Below are positions 9,317 to 18,661 of a stretch of DNA of 64,000 nt, one piece after another. The stretch lies in assembly GCA_963663275.1 (NCBI GenBank), contig OY760183.1:2240001-2304000 (forward strand), in the 5' to 3' direction. The translations under genes were made by a program, and so were the position numbers. The DNA comes from Chloroflexota bacterium (GTDB lineage Bacteria; Chloroflexota; UBA11872; VXOZ01). How positions within the stretch are numbered: the first letter of the stretch is position 1; each line of letters begins with the position of its first letter. The notes below the pieces were generated by a model. It worked only from the letters and a program-made list of their open reading frames with translations, was not told the origin of the DNA and did not search any database.

Positions 9317-10711
9317 TCAATAGGCCGGTTGATTGAAGATGGCGATCAACGTGCGCAGCAGGATGCGAATGTCGAAGAAGATCGACCAGTTTTCGATGTA
9401 GTAGAGGTCGTACTGGGTGCGCAGTTCGATGGGCACGTCGCCGCGCAGGCCGTTGACCTGCGCCCAGCCGGTCATGCCGGCCTTCTCCCGGTGGCGCTCC
9501 ATGTAGCGGGGGATTTCGGCGCTGAATTGCTTTACGTACTGCGGCTGTTCGGCGCGGGGCCCGACCAAGCTCATGTGGCCGATGAGCACGTTGATCAGGT
9601 TGGGCAACTCGTCGATGGAGAAACGCCGCAGGAACGTGCCCAGGCGGGTGCGGCGCGGGTCGTTGGGCACGGTCCAGTCCCGGCCGGAACCGTCCTCAAT
9701 CATGGTGCGAAACTTGATGAGCGGGAAGGCCTTACCGTCGTGGCCCACGCGCTCCTGGATGAAGAACGTCGGGCCGGACGAATCCAGGCGAATCAGCAAA
9801 GCAACGAGCAGCATGGGGCCGGAGAAGGCGACCAAGGTGGCGGCGGCGACCAAAACGTCCATTGTGCGCTTTGCCGCCCGGTGCCAGCCGGCGAGGCGGG
9901 GCTCCTTGACCGTGAGCAGAGGCAGGCCGGAGATTTCATCGACTTGGATGGTGGTGACGAGAAACTGAAAGAGATCCGGGTGCACCCGGATGTGGACGTT
10001 TTCCGTGGGACAGAGATCGAGGATGTTCAGGAGTTCGCCGGTATTGAGCGCCGGCAGTGTGATGATGATCTCGCGCACGTCGTGTTCGCGGATGACGTGC
10101 GGCAGCGTCTCTACCTTGCCCAGCAACGGGTATTGCAGGCGGCGGAGGCGGCCGTCGGGGTCGTCATCCAGTATGCCGATTACCTCGTAGCCAAGGTGCG
10201 GTAAGCGCCGGAGATGGCCGTGCACGATCTCGCTGCCGACGCCGTGGCCCACGATGACGGTGCGCACCGTGCCAATGTTCCGCTGATGCAGCGCGCCGCG
10301 GATGAACGAGAGGATGACGCGCTCGCCGGTGAGGAAGAGAACGCTGAGCGCCGCCGTGTAGCCAATGAGGAGGCGGGAGTAGACGAACCCCTCCCGCCAG
10401 AAGAAGGTAGAGACGCCAACGGAGATGACCGTGCCCAGCGCGACGGCGGCGAATGTCTTGAGGAGGTGCTCTTCCGCCGCCACCTGGCGTTCGGGACGGT
10501 ACAAGCCATAGATGAGCAACATGCCCAGGTACGCCCCGGTCAAGAGCAGCCACAGCCGGTAGTAGACCGCGAGCGCGTGGATCTCTTCCGGCGGCGGCCA
10601 GCCCAGCGTAAAGCGGACGTAATGAGCGCAGAGGAATGCAAGCGCGATTGCCAGCGTGTCGAATGCCAGCCACAGCGCTATGAAGATGACGTTGAGCGTT
10701 CTGCGCGACAC
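9317..10711 (-). CDS. Undecaprenyl-phosphate sugar phosphotransferase (WcaJ/WbaP-like)
   Basis: 4 N-terminal TM, CoA-binding-like middle domain, KFRTM, DPRRT..G.FLRR.SIDELP, MSLVGPR, GMTGWAQVNG. Confidence 0.93.
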   Translation of the reverse strand: MSRRTLNVIFIALWLAFDTLAIALAFLCAHYVRFTLGWPPPEEIHALAVYYRLWLLLTGAYLGMLLIYGLYRPERQVAAEEHLLKTFAAVALGTVISVGVSTFFWREGFVYSRLLIGYTAALSVLFLTGERVILSFIRGALHQRNIGTVRTVIVGHGVGSEIVHGHLRRLPHLGYEVIGILDDDPDGRLRRLQYPLLGKVETLPHVIREHDVREIIITLPALNTGELLNILDLCPTENVHIRVHPDLFQFLVTTIQVDEISGLPLLTVKEPRLAGWHRAAKRTMDVLVAAATLVAFSGPMLLVALLIRLDSSGPTFFIQERVGHDGKAFPLIKFRTMIEDGSGRDWTVPNDPRRTRLGTFLRRFSIDELPNLINVLIGHMSLVGPRAEQPQYVKQFSAEIPRYMERHREKAGMTGWAQVNGLRGDVPIELRTQYDLYYIENWSIFFDIRILLRTLIAIFNQPAY

Positions 10712-10733
10712 GGCGCTTCTCCTCCCCGGCTAG

Positions 10734-10903
10734 GGCCTGATAGGAGTATGTATTCTATATCCAACTTCACGTGATTGTCCGACCTCACGTGTCATTCCGA
10801 ACGAAGCGCAGCGGAGAGAGGAATCTAATGCGCAATCCTGCAAAGCCAACATGCTTAGATTCCTCGCTGCGCTCGGAATGACACACAAATGTCCCTGTCA
10901 GCC
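10734..10903. mobile_element. MITE-like element 'B' carrying an inverted REP pair
   Basis: Imperfect ends GGCCTGATAGG / CCTGTCAGCC; internal GTCATTCCGAAC...GAGGAATCT pairs with AGATTCCTC...CGGAATGAC; second copy at 42831-42981. Confidence 0.7.
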
Positions 10904-10905
10904 TG

Positions 10906-11796
10906 CTAGAGCCCGGTGAGACGCGGCGCTTGCCCGGATTCACGCCGCAGCCGGAGCCGGCACATTGCAAGCGCGCAGAAGAGCCAAATCGCCATAAAGA
11001 CCAGCACATTCAAGACAGTCGGGTTGCGATGCGCCTGGTGCTTGGCGTAGAACAGGTGCATCGCGCGAAAGAACTCGAACGTCATGCGGCCGGGCCGCTG
11101 GCGGCTGCTCTCGCCCTTATGGTGACGCACGGCGACTTTCGGCCAATACCACACTTGCCATCCAGCTTGCTTGATGCGGTAGCAGAGGTCAAGGTCTTCG
11201 CCGTACATGAAGAAGGCGTCGTCCAGCGGCCCCGCTTGGTCGAGGGCTGCGCGGCGAATGAACATAAATGCGCCCACTACCGCGTCCAGGGGGTAGCTTT
11301 CATTGGAATCGAGATAGGAGAGATTGTAGCCGGCCGTGACGCGCGACCGGGGAAAGCGTCCGGCGAGGCCTGTGGCTTTCATGAGCGCGTTCCAGGGGGT
11401 GGGAAACGAGCGGCGGCAGGCAAGGTCCAGGCTGCCGTCGGCGCGTATGAGCTTGGGGCCGACAATTCCCCATTGAGGATGCCGCGCCATCACGTCGTAG
11501 AGTTGCGCGAGCGCGGTGGGCGGGAGTTCCGTGTCCGGGTTGAGCAAGAGAACGTAGCGCCCGCGGGTGCGCGGCAAAGCCAGATTGTTGCCCGCCGCGA
11601 AGCCAATGTGCGGCGAGCCCAGGATGCGCCCCGCGTGGGGAAACTCGGCCGCCACCATGTCGAGCGAATCGTCGTCGCCGTTGTCCACGACGAATACCTC
11701 GAAGCCGGGCGCGAAGTCGCTGGCATAGAGCGAGGCGAGGCAGGCGCGCAGCAACGGCAGAACGTTGTGAGTAACAATGACGATGGAGAGTTCCAT
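10906..11796 (-). CDS. GT2 glycosyltransferase (WbbL/rhamnosyltransferase-like)
   Basis: LSIVIV, VVDN, GFAAGNN, LLLNPD, FFMYGEDLDLC. Confidence 0.9.
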   Translation of the reverse strand: MELSIVIVTHNVLPLLRACLASLYASDFAPGFEVFVVDNGDDDSLDMVAAEFPHAGRILGSPHIGFAAGNNLALPRTRGRYVLLLNPDTELPPTALAQLYDVMARHPQWGIVGPKLIRADGSLDLACRRSFPTPWNALMKATGLAGRFPRSRVTAGYNLSYLDSNESYPLDAVVGAFMFIRRAALDQAGPLDDAFFMYGEDLDLCYRIKQAGWQVWYWPKVAVRHHKGESSRQRPGRMTFEFFRAMHLFYAKHQAHRNPTVLNVLVFMAIWLFCALAMCRLRLRRESGQAPRLTGL

Positions 11797-11807
11797 AGAC
11801 GCCGGGC

Positions 11808-12857
11808 CTAGCGGTTTTGTCTATCTTGCGGTGAACGGCCGCGCGGCAGCGTACGGCTGTTTCGCAAGCGACGCCAGCGCCACCATACGCCCACCGGATA
11901 GCCAAGCATCTTGGCGACGTCGCCCACAACGCGTAGACCTAGGATACCGGTCAGCGTGGGAAGAAGACTCGCCGTGCCGCGCGGCGCGGGATCGGTCAGC
12001 GTGCGCATCAGCGGCTTGCGGACGGCGGCGACAGCGGCCAGCGCGAGTACCGCCCACCATGCGGGATGCCGCCGGCCGCGCCACAGCAATGCGCTCCCGA
12101 GCAGGTACGCGGCATAGCGCAGGGCGTGGCGTTCCGGCCAGAGGTTCGCCTTGCCGTCGCCCCGGGCGTACCGGTAGTACTGCGTGAAGAACGCGCGCAG
12201 GTCTGGGCGGGGACGGAAGCGCACGCTCGCCGCCGGTTGAAAGACGACGCGCGCGCCCGCCGCCTGGCAATTGCGGTCGAACACCACGTCTTCGCAATAG
12301 TCGAGCCACTCCGGGTAGCCCCCCGCTCGTTCCCACAAGCTGCGGCGGAACGCCACCGTGCGGCTGGAGGCGAGGTAGGACTCTTCCCGCACTTCACTCA
12401 CCAGCGGCAGCGTGGTGGCTGCCAGCAGTTCCTCGAAGCGGGTCTTTGGATCCGCGCGGGAGTACCCGGCAACCATGTCAACCTCCGGCCGTTCTTCCAG
12501 CGGACGCGCGAGTTCGGCCAGCCAGTACGGAGGCAGGGAAACGCCGGCGTCGGTGACGGCGATTACGTCGCCGCCGGCGGCCTGGATGGCGGCGTTGCGC
12601 CCCTGGGCGATGTTGGCTTCCGGGAGTTCGAGCAGGACGACCGGGCACTGGGCTCCGGCTTTCGCCGGAATGACGGATTCGGGCCGGCCCGCGGCGAACG
12701 CGCGCAGCAAGGGTATGGTGCCGTCCGTGGAGCCGCCGTCGGCAATGACAATCTCGTCCGGCGGGCGCTCCTGCGCCGCCAGCGACGCCAGAAGCGCGGG
12801 CAACGCCGCTTCCTCGTTGCGCACGGTGACGATGAGAGAGACGCTAGACGTGGGCAT
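11808..12857 (-). CDS. GT2 glycosyltransferase (contains an in-frame REP-derived insert)
   Basis: VSLIVTVRNE, ADGGSTDGT, GRNAAI, TDAG, CEDVVF; ATG at 12857. Confidence 0.88.
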   Translation of the reverse strand: MPTSSVSLIVTVRNEEAALPALLASLAAQERPPDEIVIADGGSTDGTIPLLRAFAAGRPESVIPAKAGAQCPVVLLELPEANIAQGRNAAIQAAGGDVIAVTDAGVSLPPYWLAELARPLEERPEVDMVAGYSRADPKTRFEELLAATTLPLVSEVREESYLASSRTVAFRRSLWERAGGYPEWLDYCEDVVFDRNCQAAGARVVFQPAASVRFRPRPDLRAFFTQYYRYARGDGKANLWPERHALRYAAYLLGSALLWRGRRHPAWWAVLALAAVAAVRKPLMRTLTDPAPRGTASLLPTLTGILGLRVVGDVAKMLGYPVGVWWRWRRLRNSRTLPRGRSPQDRQNR

Positions 12858-14052
12858 GGCTCGGCTCCGCGAGGCGCTCGTAGAAGTCAAGCAGGCGCGG
12901 GGTAAAGCGCCGCCAGTCGTAGAGTTCCTCCGCCAGGCGTTTGGAGGCCCGGCCTTGCTCTTCCGCCAGCAGGCGGTCGCGCAGCAGTTCAAGCGTATGC
13001 GCGGCAAAGGTTTCCGGCGTATCGCCGATGCGTACGTGTTCGCCCGGTAGCGCCGCGATACCCTCGATGCCGATACTCGTGGTCACGACCGGTTTGGCCC
13101 ACAGGAAGGCTTCGAGAATCTTGACGCGCATACCGCTTCCCGCCCGCAGCGGCACTACCGCCACCCACGCGCTGCCCAGCGCCTGCGCAAACTCCCTATC
13201 GTCCAGGTAGCCCAGGAGGCGTATCCCCGGCTGGCGGAGCCAGAGGCTGCCCCGGCCCGCGCCGGAACCGGCAATGATGAACTCAGCCGTGGGCGCTTCG
13301 GCGCGAATGAGCGGCCAGACCCGCGTGCAGAACCAGCGCAAGCCGTCCCGGTTGGGGCGGTAGTCCAGCTTGCCCGCGAAGAAGAGGCGCGGAGAACTCG
13401 CCAGGGGCTTTTCCGGCGGCTCGTGCTCTTCCGGCGAGACGCCGATGGGAACGACCGCGTGGGGCTTGCCGCCAGCAAGTGGCTTCAGCGAGGCCGCGTC
13501 CACGTCGGAAACGGCGATCCAGCCGTCGCTCGCCGCAAGCGCCTCCGCTTCATACGACCGCAGCCGCCGCGCCTGCTCCCGCGAGTACCAGCGTCCCACG
13601 GCGCCGGAAACGGCGGCTATGCGTTCCTGCAATACGTACTCCACGTTGTGCTCGTCGAGCACCAGCAGACTCTGAGGGCTGTGTTCTCTGGCCACGGCGA
13701 GGTACGGGGCCATCTCCAGTCCCTCGCACTGCACGACGTCGAAGCGCTGATTCGCCAGCATGAATCGCAGCCGCTCGGCAAAGGCCTCGCTCCGCAGGCG
13801 CAGCGCCAGGTCCGGTTCGGGGCTCCGCAGCAGGTTCATTGTGCGGTCGAGCCGTGTGGGATGAGGCCGCGCTACCCACCCGGCCCAGTTGCATACTTCA
13901 TCGAGCGCGCTCAGGTCCGTGCCGGCATCGCCAAAGCACAGTACGTACACCTGGTGCCGGGTAGCGGCGCCGGCGATGAGTTGATAGTTGCGGATGGCCG
14001 GGCCGGCGTGAGGCGGCCAGGGCGGTTGCGGCGTGAGGAAGAGCACGCGCAT
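12844..14052 (-). CDS. GT4 glycosyltransferase
   Basis: MRVLFLTPQPPWPP, DEHNVE, VVPLRAGSGMRVKILEA..AKPVVTT.IGIEGI. Confidence 0.9.
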   Translation of the reverse strand: MRVLFLTPQPPWPPHAGPAIRNYQLIAGAATRHQVYVLCFGDAGTDLSALDEVCNWAGWVARPHPTRLDRTMNLLRSPEPDLALRLRSEAFAERLRFMLANQRFDVVQCEGLEMAPYLAVAREHSPQSLLVLDEHNVEYVLQERIAAVSGAVGRWYSREQARRLRSYEAEALAASDGWIAVSDVDAASLKPLAGGKPHAVVPIGVSPEEHEPPEKPLASSPRLFFAGKLDYRPNRDGLRWFCTRVWPLIRAEAPTAEFIIAGSGAGRGSLWLRQPGIRLLGYLDDREFAQALGSAWVAVVPLRAGSGMRVKILEAFLWAKPVVTTSIGIEGIAALPGEHVRIGDTPETFAAHTLELLRDRLLAEEQGRASKRLAEELYDWRRFTPRLLDFYERLAEPSHAHV

Positions 14053-15173
14053 CAGTCAACCTCCGCCGGCTCCGGCGCGGACGCCGCCTCACGATAGACG
14101 GCGAGCGTCCGCTCAGCCGTTGCGCGCCAAGAGAACCGTCGCGCGCGCTCGCTACCCGTGGCTATGAGGCTATCCCGCAGTGTCGAGTCTTGCATAAGGG
14201 TCGCAATGCCGTCCGCAATCGACTCCGTCACGTTGGGATCCACCAGCACGGCGGCGTTTCCGGCAACTTCCGCCATGCTGCCGCAGTTTGACGTAAGCAC
14301 CGGGCAGCCGGACGCCATTGCTTCGAGAATTGGCAATCCGAATCCTTCGTAGCGGGATGGAAAGAGGAGAGCAAGCGCGCCGGAGTAGAGCGGCGGCAAA
14401 TCGGCATCGCTCACGTGCCCCAGAAAGCGCACCTGGTCCTCTACGCGCTGCGCTTGCACCGCTTCCAGGACTCTATCGTACTGGTAGCCCCTGCCGCCGG
14501 CGAAGACCAGGTGGGGGAGGTCGCCGCGCGGCAGCGAGGCGTAGGCCGCGATGAGGCGTTCCAGATTCTTGCGCGCCTCGATTGTGCCGACGACGAGAAA
14601 GTACGGATGAGGAAGATCGAGGCGGCCGCGCATATTCTCAACAGCGGACGTAGGGTGCGGGAAATAGGCCGGATCCGCCGCCAGGTGGACTGTCTCCACC
14701 CGCTCCGGCGCGATCGAAACGCGATTGAGGACTTCCTGCCGGGTAAAGTCCGATATGGTAATCACCTTGGCCGCGTGACGCAGCGAGCGAAAGACCTGCG
14801 CGTAGTAGCGGAGGCTCTCGGGACTATAGGCCTCCGGGTGGGCGAGGAAAGCAAGGTCGAGTACGGAAACGACGCTTTGCCAGCCCCGGCGGTGGGGCGC
14901 GACATGGTCGGGACTATGCAGCACGTCCACGTTGCTCGATCCAACTTCCGCGGCCAGCAGCCACCGTTCCCAGCGGTGGTGCGCCGGCGTTATGACCCGC
15001 CGGCGCATCATTGGCGCTCGCGCCAGCGCCTTTCGATCCCGTCTGCTTTGAAAGAGAATCAACTCCGTCCCGGCCGGGGCGCACTGGGGGAACTCCTGTA
15101 CGAGGTTGCGAATGTAGCGGCCGATACCGGTGCGGTTGTAGTAGTGGAGGCGGCAATCGATGCCAATTCTCAT
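14052..15173 (-). CDS. GT4 glycosyltransferase (mannosyltransferase-like)
   Basis: MRIGID, TGIGRY, VGTIEARKN, FPSRYEGFGLPILEAMASG. Confidence 0.92.
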   Translation of the reverse strand: MRIGIDCRLHYYNRTGIGRYIRNLVQEFPQCAPAGTELILFQSRRDRKALARAPMMRRRVITPAHHRWERWLLAAEVGSSNVDVLHSPDHVAPHRRGWQSVVSVLDLAFLAHPEAYSPESLRYYAQVFRSLRHAAKVITISDFTRQEVLNRVSIAPERVETVHLAADPAYFPHPTSAVENMRGRLDLPHPYFLVVGTIEARKNLERLIAAYASLPRGDLPHLVFAGGRGYQYDRVLEAVQAQRVEDQVRFLGHVSDADLPPLYSGALALLFPSRYEGFGLPILEAMASGCPVLTSNCGSMAEVAGNAAVLVDPNVTESIADGIATLMQDSTLRDSLIATGSERARRFSWRATAERTLAVYREAASAPEPAEVD

Positions 15174-15271
15174 GCGCTGATGCTCGGCCCGTGTGGGATT
15201 CTAGGCGCTTGGCGAGGCTTCAAGGGATCCTATGATTCAGCAGACTGCTGCTCGGAAGCGGTCAGCCCTCA

Positions 15272-16753
15272 TCATAGCATCCCCGCGCCGGCGTCGGCAG
15301 CGTCGCGCGGGCCTCGCCGCGACCAGGCCGCGGCTGCGCCCAGTCCGGCGGTGAGCCAGAAGAGCGTTGCCATGTGCGGGAAGGCGACATAATGATGATC
15401 GAACAGTCCGGTAACCAGCGCCCCCAGCAGCCCGGCAATCGCGCCGAGCACAATCCACTCGTTCGCGGAATCTTCCCCGGACTTGGTGTCTTCTGCCGTA
15501 TTGCTCGCTCCGCGCGCGCGCCAGTCTTGCCACACGCTCCACAGCACGGCCCCAACCGCCAGGCAGAAAGCGCCGAGGGTGAGGATTCCGCCCAATTCGG
15601 CCAGTTGCAGGTAGATGCTCGAGACGCCGACAAACGTGTCTATCGTTGGCGGCGGGCCGAAACCCACGCCGAGCAACGGGTAGTCCTGGATGAGTTGAAA
15701 CGACTTGGCATATTCATCGAGGCGCATTGCCGCCGCCCGATCCTGCGCGCGCAAGCCGGAGATGAGGTGCATGAGCATGGCGCGCGTTTGGGGCAGGGCG
15801 ACGATTGCCAGGCCGCCGAGCGGATAGAGCCACAGGAGGGCGCGGTAGCGCAGCACGGTCAGCGCCGCGATGGCCGCGGCGCTGCCCAGCAAGGCGGCGC
15901 GGGACCGGGTGAGAAGGAGGCAGAGCAGGAACAGGCCCAATACGCCGAGCAGCCACCAGCGCCGGGGTTGATGCGCCCACAGCGCCACGCCAAAGGCAAT
16001 GGCGAACACTAGCGCGCCGCCAAGCATGTTGGGGTCGATGCTGGTGCCCGTCGCGCGCAGCAAAGGAGTGTCGGCGATATAGCGCAGCACGCCGCCGCCG
16101 ACGGGATAGCCAAATCGCCCCAACTGGGAGAGGATGCTCACGGCGCTGCCCGCGGGCAGGAAGTAGAACAGCACGCCGAGCAGCGCCTCGACGGCGGCGC
16201 ACGCCAGGAACCACGCGGCCGCGCGCCGGATGGCTATCGGGGACTGGAGCCACGACGTGAGCATGACGAAGAGGAGCGCGCTGGAGGCCAGCTTGATCGA
16301 GTGCGTAACGGCGTCTTCGGTGAGGCCGAAACGCAGACCGTTGGCGGCCGCCACCAGCAGCAAGAGGGCATAGAACGCAACGGCGATGACGGGGACGCGC
16401 GGCGGGAGCGACGCGCGGCGCGTGCACACCTGCCAGGCAAAGAGCATGAGCAGCGCGCCGGTGGCCAGGTCCAGGAAGCTGAAGCGAAAGCCGATGCGGA
16501 ACGGCAGCGTGCCAAAGGGCAGCAGCCAGACTATTGCTATCAGCCCGATGAGCGCAAATCCCGGCTGGAAGGCAACGGCAATGGCGCCAACCAGCCCGGC
16601 AAGCAGGAAGAGCAGCACGAACGGCGAGAAGTTGACCGCTCCCCAGCCGATGCCGACGCCGAGCAACACGGCAATGACGACGACGAGCAGAGTCCATGAC
16701 TTGCCGGCGGTAGCGCCGCGCCGCAGGAGAGCGGCCGGCAGTCCTGCGTTCAT
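15272..16753 (-). CDS. O-antigen ligase (WaaL/Wzy_C)-like membrane protein
   Basis: About 12 TM; RATGTSIDPN, LLLTRSRAA, R......I.DYPLLGVGFG, YLQLAELGG. Confidence 0.82.
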   Translation of the reverse strand: MNAGLPAALLRRGATAGKSWTLLVVVIAVLLGVGIGWGAVNFSPFVLLFLLAGLVGAIAVAFQPGFALIGLIAIVWLLPFGTLPFRIGFRFSFLDLATGALLMLFAWQVCTRRASLPPRVPVIAVAFYALLLLVAAANGLRFGLTEDAVTHSIKLASSALLFVMLTSWLQSPIAIRRAAAWFLACAAVEALLGVLFYFLPAGSAVSILSQLGRFGYPVGGGVLRYIADTPLLRATGTSIDPNMLGGALVFAIAFGVALWAHQPRRWWLLGVLGLFLLCLLLTRSRAALLGSAAAIAALTVLRYRALLWLYPLGGLAIVALPQTRAMLMHLISGLRAQDRAAAMRLDEYAKSFQLIQDYPLLGVGFGPPPTIDTFVGVSSIYLQLAELGGILTLGAFCLAVGAVLWSVWQDWRARGASNTAEDTKSGEDSANEWIVLGAIAGLLGALVTGLFDHHYVAFPHMATLFWLTAGLGAAAAWSRRGPRDAADAGAGML

Positions 16754-16765
16754 TCTGGGATCTCT

Positions 16766-17119
16766 CTAATCCGCCGTGGGATCTGCGGCGGCGTGGTGCT
16801 CTTCAGCCGTGATGAACGTGCCGCCCTGGATGTGGCGGCTCTGCTCTTCATACTGGAGGTTGTAGTGAATCTCGATGCGCATGTGCTGGAAGCACGTGTC
16901 GCTGCGGCCCATGGCGTCCTTGTAGAGGCTGTAGCCGGTGGGCGCGTCGCCTTCGCCGGAATCCTCGAATTCTTCAACCAGGTCGTATCCCTTGCGCGCC
17001 ATGATTGCCACGGTCTCGCCGCAGCGGTTGCAGCGCACGTAGTACCACAGCAGGTCCGGGTCGACGCCCGGTTCCGCGTCTCCGTCCGGGCCCCCAAGGA
17101 GGCGTTTGAGAAACTTCAT
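16766..17119 (-). CDS. Hypothetical protein with CxxC motif
   Basis: MKFLKRLLGG...YYVRCNRCGE...CFQ; coding-like codon bias; 12 nt from the downstream ligase gene. Confidence 0.75.
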   Translation of the reverse strand: MKFLKRLLGGPDGDAEPGVDPDLLWYYVRCNRCGETVAIMARKGYDLVEEFEDSGEGDAPTGYSLYKDAMGRSDTCFQHMRIEIHYNLQYEEQSRHIQGGTFITAEEHHAAADPTAD

Positions 17120-17267
17120 TGGCAAAGTGGCTCCCTCGATTGCGCTCGATGCGTCATGCCGATAGGGGTAGTATAGGGCAGTCGGATTGTCTTGCAAGTG
17201 AATGCGGCCAGCCGAAAGATCTTCTCTTGGTCAGGCATGGACGTACCGCGAGGCGCGCCAACGCCGC

Positions 17268-18296
17268 TTACCGCTCGAGCGGCAGAATCCACGGGCCCAT
17301 CAACCGCTCGATGCGCGCCAGGTCTCTTGTTCTCTGCCGCTGGATTGCGCGCCGTTTGCGCAGCATGGCGGGAATGAGAAGGAGACTGGCAAGCTGTCCG
17401 CGCAAGCGCGCCCGCGCGGCCGCGCCCCGAAAGCTGCGCGCGGCCTCGAGCGCGATCGCCAACTGCCGCGTGACGATGCGCCGCCAGTGCCGCCGCCACA
17501 GCGGGCCGGGAATGTTCTTGACGGCAACCGCGATGGTGTTGCGACCGCTATAGTAGCTCGCCAGCGGCCCGCCGCCGGTGGCGGAAACGTGGTGATAGAC
17601 GCGGGCTTCCGGCACGTAGAGGCAGTGGTAGCCCCGCAGGTTGGCGCGCCAATTCAGGTCAACGTCCTCGCAATAGGAGACGAGGTCTTCATCGAAGAAG
17701 CCGATAGTCTCCAGCAGGTTGCGGCGATAGGCGCAGGCGGCGCCCTGCGCGCCAAATACCCAGCCGGGCGCGCTGAAGGCGGGCCCGTCCTCTTCCCAGA
17801 CGCCGCGGTTTCCCGGCATACCGTCGGCGCCGCAGTAGTCGCCGGCCGAGTGCAGGCGTCCTCGATCCTGGAGCAGGAGGATCTTGCAGGCAAAGGAGGC
17901 GGCCTCCGGATAGCGATTGGCCGCGCTCGCAAGCTCCGCCAGCCACGTTGGCGCGGTTTCGGTATCGTTGTTGAGCAGCACGATCAGGCCGCCTCTGGCG
18001 GCGTCGTAGGCCGCGTGCACGCCGCGCGCGAAGCCAACATTGCGCTTGAGGGCGACGACGCGCACCCACGCAAACTCCTCTCGCAGCATGTCGAGCGTGC
18101 CGTCGCGCGAGCCGTTTTCCGCCACCACCACTTCGAAATCGCGAAACGTCTGCCGCGCCAGGGAGTCCAGGCAGGCGCGCAGCAATTCCCTGCCGTTCCA
18201 GGTGGGAATGAGCACACTGGCGGCAACTGCGCCGGCGCCGGGGCGGGCTGGCGGGCCGGTATCCGGCGAGGCGCTTGTCTTGTTGGGCGCTTGCAT
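17268..18296 (-). CDS. GT2 glycosyltransferase
   Basis: SVLIPTWNG, ENGSRDGT, NVGFA, LLNNDT, FDEDL..YCEDVDL. Confidence 0.9.
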   Translation of the reverse strand: MQAPNKTSASPDTGPPARPGAGAVAASVLIPTWNGRELLRACLDSLARQTFRDFEVVVAENGSRDGTLDMLREEFAWVRVVALKRNVGFARGVHAAYDAARGGLIVLLNNDTETAPTWLAELASAANRYPEAASFACKILLLQDRGRLHSAGDYCGADGMPGNRGVWEEDGPAFSAPGWVFGAQGAACAYRRNLLETIGFFDEDLVSYCEDVDLNWRANLRGYHCLYVPEARVYHHVSATGGGPLASYYSGRNTIAVAVKNIPGPLWRRHWRRIVTRQLAIALEAARSFRGAAARARLRGQLASLLLIPAMLRKRRAIQRQRTRDLARIERLMGPWILPLER

Positions 18297-18661
18297 ATAT
18301 AATCGGAGCGTTTGTCTATGGCGAATCGAATTGCAGGAAGGGCGGATTGCACGAACTCGTGCTGCTCATTGCGCCCCTGGGTAGGCGGCGTGAGGGAAAA
18401 TGCCGGAATTTTGCCCTTTTCACCGTGTAGAGGTAGTGAAGTCGCAGACGCTTGTGTTATAGTAGAAGCGTGCGTTGGCTGTGAACTATCCCCTGGTTCA
18501 CGTCAAGTATAGCACTGCTGCCGGTGTTTCATGCTTCCACAGCCCTTCCTTCGTAGGAGCAGTACGCCCGCAGTCAAGACTTCTCATTACTTGCCGCACG
18601 TTGCCGCGCCCTTGTTTGTCTTTGCGCGGCGGTGCATCCCTTCCATGAGAGGCGAAGAGAT

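Noticed and set aside
18481-18501. LexA box (GAAC...GTTC)
   Set aside because: Spacer is 9 nt rather than the 4 nt of the Gram-positive/Chloroflexi SOS box.
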